A stretch of 64,000 bases of DNA from a virus: positions 17,649 to 81,648 of IMG/VR virus record IMGVR_UViG_3300020408_000003, one strand, 5' to 3'. Numbering within the stretch: position 1 is the first letter of the stretch; each line of letters begins with the position of its first letter. The notes beneath the pieces are model-generated. The model was not told the origin of the DNA, ran no database searches, and saw nothing but the letters and a program-made list of their open reading frames with translations. The position numbers were made by a program, and so were the translations under genes. Below are positions 59,201-64,000 of this stretch, in pieces.

Positions 59201-60302
59201 TATAGTCTGTACTATCAGACCATGTACCTTTTGAAACACCATCTAAGTATAAAGTTGTGGTTCCAGAATTTCTTTGAACTACAATGTGAGTAAATTTATT
59301 ATCATAATCTGAATAATCTGTAGAAATTTGTGCAGAACCAGCAACATAATATTTTAAAGTATTATCATTATGAATATAAAGTACAGGCGCATTTGAACTA
59401 GCACTTGGATTTGTTCTACCATCATATATATATGGATAGTTTGAATAAGTTGTTGAATAAACAAATGCCTCTATAGTAAAATCACCAGTACCAAAAGAAA
59501 AATCTGCACTAGCTGGAACTATTACAGCATCTCCATTACCATCAAAGTAAACAGAAGCACCAACATCAAATCCTAACGTAAATGAAGATGCACTCGAATT
59601 CGCGGTATTAATACCATCAGATGCAGAAAATGTAATCGCAAAACTGCCTGCATGAGCTTGATTTGTTGATGGTGTGATTTTAAAGTATTTGTTATTTGTT
59701 AATGTATTTTCAGCTATGGCACTATATGTACCACCAGATGTTGCACTTGATGTCACAGTGGCTGTACTTCCGAGAGAACCTGAAGTAATTTGCCATTTAT
59801 ATTGTAGTGCAATACCCTCCGGATCAGATGCTGTAATTTCAATACTTACTGGAGTACCATCTGTAGCAAAAGTATAACTCGCATTTCCAGCAGAAGATAT
59901 AGTTGGAGAAGCATTAGTAACAGTAGCAACTTTATACCAGCCACTACCATTATGAACCATCAAATTATTATTTGATGTTATGAAAGCCATGTCTCCAGAA
60001 GAACCAGCCGGTAAAAGTCCAGGATTAGCATAAACAGTAGTACCACCTAATGATTGGTCAGTTGTACTTCCACCGCCATCAGATGATGTTTCAAATTTTG
60101 CTTTACCAGTGCTTGCATCTCTTTTGATAATAACAATATCATTACCAGTACCAACTCTTAATTCAGAAGCAATAACTTTTTTTCTATTATTACTGGTATC
60201 TTTAATTTCAATATCATTATCAGAATTAGGCTCAAGTTTAGTAGAACCAATTTGAACTACGGTTGATCCTATTCGTTCAGCTCTATTTTTTGCTATACCC
60301 AT
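56208..60302 (-). CDS. LamG/ConA-like multi-domain fibre protein, long paralogue (about five modules)
   Basis: Colinear with 50453..53887 plus one extra module. Confidence 0.8.
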   Translation of the reverse strand: MGIAKNRAERIGSTVVQIGSTKLEPNSDNDIEIKDTSNNRKKVIASELRVGTGNDIVIIKRDASTGKAKFETSSDGGGSTTDQSLGGTTVYANPGLLPAGSSGDMAFITSNNNLMVHNGSGWYKVATVTNASPTISSAGNASYTFATDGTPVSIEITASDPEGIALQYKWQITSGSLGSTATVTSSATSGGTYSAIAENTLTNNKYFKITPSTNQAHAGSFAITFSASDGINTANSSASSFTLGFDVGASVYFDGNGDAVIVPASADFSFGTGDFTIEAFVYSTTYSNYPYIYDGRTNPSASSNAPVLYIHNDNTLKYYVAGSAQISTDYSDYDNKFTHIVVQRNSGTTTLYLDGVSKGTWSDSTDYTDQGPVVLGRHGDSSNATYCLDGYMSNVRVVKGSAAYTPTTAASGIDFATADITTLASNDSFDFGTNDFTIEFFYKWSTNSGYQTILNHQYNATDAVTIQSDTGTRKWGFFGSSLPYVYESTNAPQDVWLHYAFVRNGNTIKIYRDGVETYSQSHSGSVGGTDTTEFGHGNTHYDKGKVSNFRVIKGTALYTSAGFTVPTSNLTAVSGTSLLLFQENSGSTLSDGSSNNVTVTKGSNHSILTSDGPFYGQITVPTSDLGAITNTKLLALKESAPKYENGGCFYVNSRYQGLQVDDAALEVGTGDFTLEFFYKFQSWSSATSYYLLFAYKNIQFGISAGSGSAPTSLGLYRSGWAHGTTDVGLNLGQWYHCAVVRTGGNIKAYIDGVQLLTTTNGASDDITDGKLMINGQHAASGYGINGGIWYSEIRFCSKAVYTGAFTPPRGRLTQTGGDYTSLTNVSVPTAAETELLLIQRGKDYYTSSVTDNSQNGISVTIASSVNQAQYGINQPNLIDNSSAANTLTPSGSPRGSYASPFAQGTGGSIECDDYDNRYIYVDDSDIVLGTNDFCIEYWFMDKGLYGDGTTDPEVYSYNGYWAFGSSSGTGAIPFHVSSHSGGNASTGLTAFGMTHQKGSTSSAGGSFQVQSTNSSGNGWFSTVNKAIIDPLRWYHMAIIRESGEIKVYFDGVYYPFASAHSVNTNYTFDRLAIGGSYAQYAVLTGHISNFRLVVGSGVYTPSSGGGGSTIFDGSGDNLLVPSSGSTSTDLVIGTNDFTLEFWVNADAFTNGGVIYDTRENDAAGLMVNFNTSGNLRLYANSGYRITADGISTGGWHHCAIVRSGGVTRLFLNGVKDDEVYVDTNNYTGNTAFIGKHNSNTGADFDGYISNLRLVVGTAVYTSNFNVTNTPLTAITNTKLLTCQNSSGAPTDASSVNHTVDTSGSATGSSVAPFRDYITVPTSPLTAITNTKLLTAQHSNQIIDASGNCTIISNNNCVATRINPF

Positions 60303-60324
60303 AGGATATATCCTTTATTTTTGT

Positions 60325-60669
60325 TTAACCAGAACTATCAGCTTGTGCAGCTTTTTCCGTAAGAACTGCCATTTCCGCAAGTGATGCACTTCTTGATGGG
60401 TGTGCTACAACTTCAGTAATTGTTTTTTCATGTATCTTTGTGTACCTATCTGTATTTTCAGTTGGAGTACCCAAAGTAATAATTAATTTATCGTGATCAG
60501 GTGTTATACTAGGTTTAGGTCCTAGTATATCAGCATAATCGTCAAAATCATCTGCTATTTGTTGTCTTGTTACAACCCTATTACAACCATATAAAACAGC
60601 TTTACCTGGTTTAGGTGTTAAACTAAACATATATTCTACTGTTTCTTTAGCACTATCAGTTAATGCCAT
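60325..60669 (-). CDS. Hypothetical protein (possible fibre chaperone)
   Basis: AAGGAG SD; located between fibre genes. Confidence 0.6.
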   Translation of the reverse strand: MALTDSAKETVEYMFSLTPKPGKAVLYGCNRVVTRQQIADDFDDYADILGPKPSITPDHDKLIITLGTPTENTDRYTKIHEKTITEVVAHPSRSASLAEMAVLTEKAAQADSSG

Positions 60670-60688
60670 TTTTCTCTCCTTTAATTTA

Positions 60689-63600
60689 CTATGTTATAAT
60701 TACAAATTCATATGAAGAGGCACCACCGCCTCCACCACCGCCTCCTCCGCCTCCGCCTACGGATCCACCAGAGTCAGCTAAACCACCAATATTACCACTA
60801 AATCCTGTAAGTGGGCTTCGTGTACTTAAAATTGTATTAAGTGCGGTTTTTTCAAATGTGTATACAGTTCCTGTATTAAATTGCTCTAAAGAATTTGCTG
60901 AGTCATCAGCTAATAATCTTATCGGTAATCCAGAAGTACCTTTACTTGAATCACCAACATTAAAAGCAAAACTAGTTTGTGAGTCCCGAGTAAGAACTTT
61001 TGTTAATAACCCACCACCTCCAAAATTATAAATTGTTCCTGAAGTAAATTTGTCTACTGAGTTAGCAGAGTCATGACCACCTAATAACTTTATAGAACCA
61101 CCTACCGTAGAATTATCTGAATCACCAACATTAAAAGCAAAACTAGTTTGCGAATCACGTGTAAGAACTTTTGTTAACAATCCTCCACCACCAAAATTAT
61201 AGATATTACCAGTAGTAAAACTTCCATATAATGTAGTAAGAGGATTAGTACTCGGTGTAAAAGCTGATGTATATACAGCAGTTCCTTTAATAATTCTAAA
61301 ATTACTTATATAACCTGTAAAATAATTGTAACTAGAGCTTGTGTAAGTTTTGTAACCAACATTTACAGCATTAGTGTTATTCATGTCATCTGCAGCTGTC
61401 CCAGTATCCTTTAAAGCTCCACCTATGAATAATTTTACAGTTCCGGATTCTCTTGTAACAGCCACGTGTTGCCATGAACCAGTACTAAAATCAGAACTTT
61501 GAACCGCAATATCACTACCACTAGTAGCGTTCATATAAACTCTAATTTCACCAGTTGATACTTCATGTCCAATTGTTATACCTGTAGTACCGCCTGAGGG
61601 TCTTGAATCATAGAAAGTTCCTCTATTTGTAAAATTACTAGGATATGCCCAAAATTCTATGGTAAAATCACCTGTTCCAAAAGTAAAATCAGATGATGAA
61701 GCAGCAGAAAGATAATCTCCAGTACCATCAAAAATGGTGGATCCGTTAGGATTACTGCTGAATGGAGTTAATGCGTCTGCAGCTGCACCACCATTTGCGG
61801 TTATAGTATGACTATTAGAACTTGCATCAGTAATACTACCAGTACTATTCTGACAAGTTAATATTTGTGTATTTGTTATTGCAGTTAACGGAGACCTTGA
61901 TGGAGTAAAGTTACCATTATAAACCGCAGACCCAATTACCATTCTAAAGTTTGAAATGTATCCTGGAAAAAAGTTTGAAGCTTCATTATCATCACAACCA
62001 ATTCTTCCAACATTATTAGCAGGACCTACATAAGAAGTTCCACCATCATCATATGTACCATCACTTGTACCATTTACGTATATAGTGTTAATATTACCAA
62101 CTCTTTCTAAAACTATATGATTCCAAGTATTAACTGATACTTGAGTGCTTCCACTTATTCTAAATGTCTGACTATAAAATCTGAAAGTACCAGTATTAGT
62201 CATTTGTAGCAAAATAGCATCTTGAGTTGAAGCGTGACCACCTCGACCATCATAGAGATGATAATAATTACTTATAGCTGTTGGGTATATCCACATTTCT
62301 ATTGTATAATCATTAGTACCTACTACAAAACTTGGTATACTTAAATTATCATCAGTACCGTCAAAAAGAGTAGAACCACCACTAGTAGTTGAAGCGGTAA
62401 ATGGATTTAGTTCATTTACAGCTGCATCACCGTTAACAGTAATAGTATGATTACTAGGACTCGTATCAGCAATACTACCAACACTATTATGACAAATTAG
62501 TAATTTTGTATTAGAAGTATTAGTAATATTATATCCTAATAAATTGAAAGATGCTGTTGTAGAAGGAGTACCACCACTGCCACTAAAATCACTACTACTA
62601 TGAGCAGTCACATTACCATTAGCTGTTATAGTATAACTATTACTACTTGCATCTGTAATTGCACCAGTACTATTTTGACAAGTTAATAATTGTGTATTAG
62701 ATATTGCAGACAATGGAGATTTTGACTCTACAAATGGACTAGAATAAGAAGAACTTGCATTACCACCCTCAGTTAAAGTAAGACCATTAGGACCTTCATC
62801 ACTAACACTGCCGGTATAATTTTGAAAAGTCATTAATTCTGTATAAGAAGTTGATGTGAGTGGACTTGTAGGTGGTGTAAAAGCGGCTGTATAAACAGCA
62901 CCATTACTAGCACTTGTTCCAATTTCTAACCTAAAGTTTGAAAGATATCCAGTATAAGGTAAGCTTTCTGAACCCGGTAGACCTGGTCCATATATCCCAA
63001 ATGTCATTTGATTACTTGGATAGCTATTGTTATCTGAATAAGTTCCTTGACTTACACCATTCACATATAATGTTGTAGTTCCAGAATTTCTTACAACGGC
63101 TGTATGATGCCATGTATTTAAACTCAATGCAGAGCTCGTTATCTGAGTACCACCATTAGCATAAAATGCATACTCACCACTTGTAGTTAAATAAGTAGTC
63201 CAATCATAACTAGCTGCGTCACCACTTCTTCTTCTATCAATAACATTTGAAACAGTTGCAAAAGTTGTGGGGTAAATCCAACATTCTGCTGTAAAACTAT
63301 TAGAACCAATAATTAAATCATTAGTAGTATTTGTCTTTATGTAATCTCCAGTACCATCAAAATAAGCTGAACCACCACCAGACGCTGGTGGATATACAAC
63401 AGACCCTCCAACTACTCTGAAATTTGAAATATAACCTTTGAAAGGTTTTTGAAAAGAACCACTATAATACCTACCACCAATATATACTGTTTTATTTGAA
63501 TAGCTATATGCAGTACTTTTTGATCCAGTATTTGATTGAGCAATACCATTAATGTAAAGTCTTTGTGTATTGCTAGAATCATCATTTGTAAAAGCTATAT

Positions 63601-63979
63601 GATACCAAGTATTTATTGAAAGTGATGAATTACTTTCAAAAACAACTGCCTGATCATTTTCTATTAATTTTATTTTACCATCAGTATAAATCATTGCACA
63701 TAAAGCACCAACATCTTCACCTATTTGAAATACTCCGCGATGATCAGGCAAATCACTAACGTATACCCAAAATTCTATTGTCCAATCAGCTGTTCCTAAA
63801 CTATAAAAACTTTCTGAATTGGCAATAGTTAAGTAATCTCCAGTACCGTCAAAATATGTTGAACCATGAGGTAAACTTCCTACAGTAGTAAGATAACCAG
63901 CACCTGGAGTTCTCTCAAAACTCGTGTATTGACTATTGTCATAAGTAGTAGGAAATGTTCCAGCTGGTAAACTTGGCAT
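60689..63979 (-). CDS. LamG/ConA-like multi-domain virion protein
   Basis: Four ST.FDGT.D.L...YISNFR modules; C-terminal 57-aa duplication and poly-Gly tract. Confidence 0.8.
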   Translation of the reverse strand: MPSLPAGTFPTTYDNSQYTSFERTPGAGYLTTVGSLPHGSTYFDGTGDYLTIANSESFYSLGTADWTIEFWVYVSDLPDHRGVFQIGEDVGALCAMIYTDGKIKLIENDQAVVFESNSSLSINTWYHIAFTNDDSSNTQRLYINGIAQSNTGSKSTAYSYSNKTVYIGGRYYSGSFQKPFKGYISNFRVVGGSVVYPPASGGGSAYFDGTGDYIKTNTTNDLIIGSNSFTAECWIYPTTFATVSNVIDRRRSGDAASYDWTTYLTTSGEYAFYANGGTQITSSALSLNTWHHTAVVRNSGTTTLYVNGVSQGTYSDNNSYPSNQMTFGIYGPGLPGSESLPYTGYLSNFRLEIGTSASNGAVYTAAFTPPTSPLTSTSYTELMTFQNYTGSVSDEGPNGLTLTEGGNASSSYSSPFVESKSPLSAISNTQLLTCQNSTGAITDASSNSYTITANGNVTAHSSSDFSGSGGTPSTTASFNLLGYNITNTSNTKLLICHNSVGSIADTSPSNHTITVNGDAAVNELNPFTASTTSGGSTLFDGTDDNLSIPSFVVGTNDYTIEMWIYPTAISNYYHLYDGRGGHASTQDAILLQMTNTGTFRFYSQTFRISGSTQVSVNTWNHIVLERVGNINTIYVNGTSDGTYDDGGTSYVGPANNVGRIGCDDNEASNFFPGYISNFRMVIGSAVYNGNFTPSRSPLTAITNTQILTCQNSTGSITDASSNSHTITANGGAAADALTPFSSNPNGSTIFDGTGDYLSAASSSDFTFGTGDFTIEFWAYPSNFTNRGTFYDSRPSGGTTGITIGHEVSTGEIRVYMNATSGSDIAVQSSDFSTGSWQHVAVTRESGTVKLFIGGALKDTGTAADDMNNTNAVNVGYKTYTSSSYNYFTGYISNFRIIKGTAVYTSAFTPSTNPLTTLYGSFTTGNIYNFGGGGLLTKVLTRDSQTSFAFNVGDSDNSTVGGSIKLLGGHDSANSVDKFTSGTIYNFGGGGLLTKVLTRDSQTSFAFNVGDSSKGTSGLPIRLLADDSANSLEQFNTGTVYTFEKTALNTILSTRSPLTGFSGNIGGLADSGGSVGGGGGGGGGGGGASSYEFVIIT
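60947..61204. repeat. Direct repeat, period 171 nt (copies near 60947-61033 and 61118-61204)
   Basis: Both copies encode IYNFGGGGLLTKVLTRDSQTSFAFNVGDS, with differences only at synonymous sites. Confidence 0.85.
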
Positions 63980-64000
63980 TACTTCTTAACCCATAATGTT

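Noticed and set aside
642-59877. Numerous plus-strand ORFs in the six-frame track
   Set aside because: All are antisense shadows of well-supported minus-strand genes, with no recognisable motifs.
60663-61031. Plus-strand ORF with a poly-proline run
   Set aside because: It is the reverse complement of the poly-Gly tract of the 60689..63979 gene.
49028-63979. Possible diversity-generating retroelement or invertible fibre cassette
   Set aside because: No reverse transcriptase or invertase in the window; the repeats are direct and coding, and their differences are not adenine-specific.
1-64000. Stop-codon reassignment or CRISPR array
   Set aside because: Core genes are full length under the standard code with all three stops in use; no regularly spaced repeat-spacer pattern was seen.

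Overview
A 64-kb AT-rich segment of a T4-like myophage genome, probably marine and infecting an alphaproteobacterium (inferred from gene content, not established). Essentially every real gene is on the minus strand. In transcription order (right to left) the window holds: a duplicated array of LamG/ConA-like tail-fibre genes; the neck, terminase, tail, portal and head module (13-14-15-16-17-18-19-20-67-68-21-22-23-3); uvsY, uvsW, 55, 47, 46, 45, 44, 62, regA and 43 with interspersed auxiliary genes (2OG oxygenase, PRTase, guaC, sulfotransferase, DoxX, hsp20, M15 endolysin); a roughly 6.5-kb DNA-modification operon at the T4 42/beta-gt position; then uvsX, 41, thyX and a late-promoter unit at the left edge. 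The two most striking elements are (1) the putative cytosine hypermodification operon, containing a gp42-type dCMP hydroxymethylase, a cytidylyltransferase, an active and a degenerate deaminase, a UDG, a BGT-N/SGNH fusion, an amino acid:DNA transferase-like protein and UDP-sugar dehydrogenase and epimerase, and (2) an Asx-tRNA-synthetase-like gene lacking the anticodon-binding domain, followed 6 nt later by an atypical tRNA with a GUU anticodon and an apparent long variable arm (cut off by the window edge). Also seen: a ROSE-type RNA thermometer on hsp20, a lone antisense sigma70 promoter, probable leaderless transcripts, and nested LamG domain insertions. All calls come from motif recognition by eye; no database searches were run.
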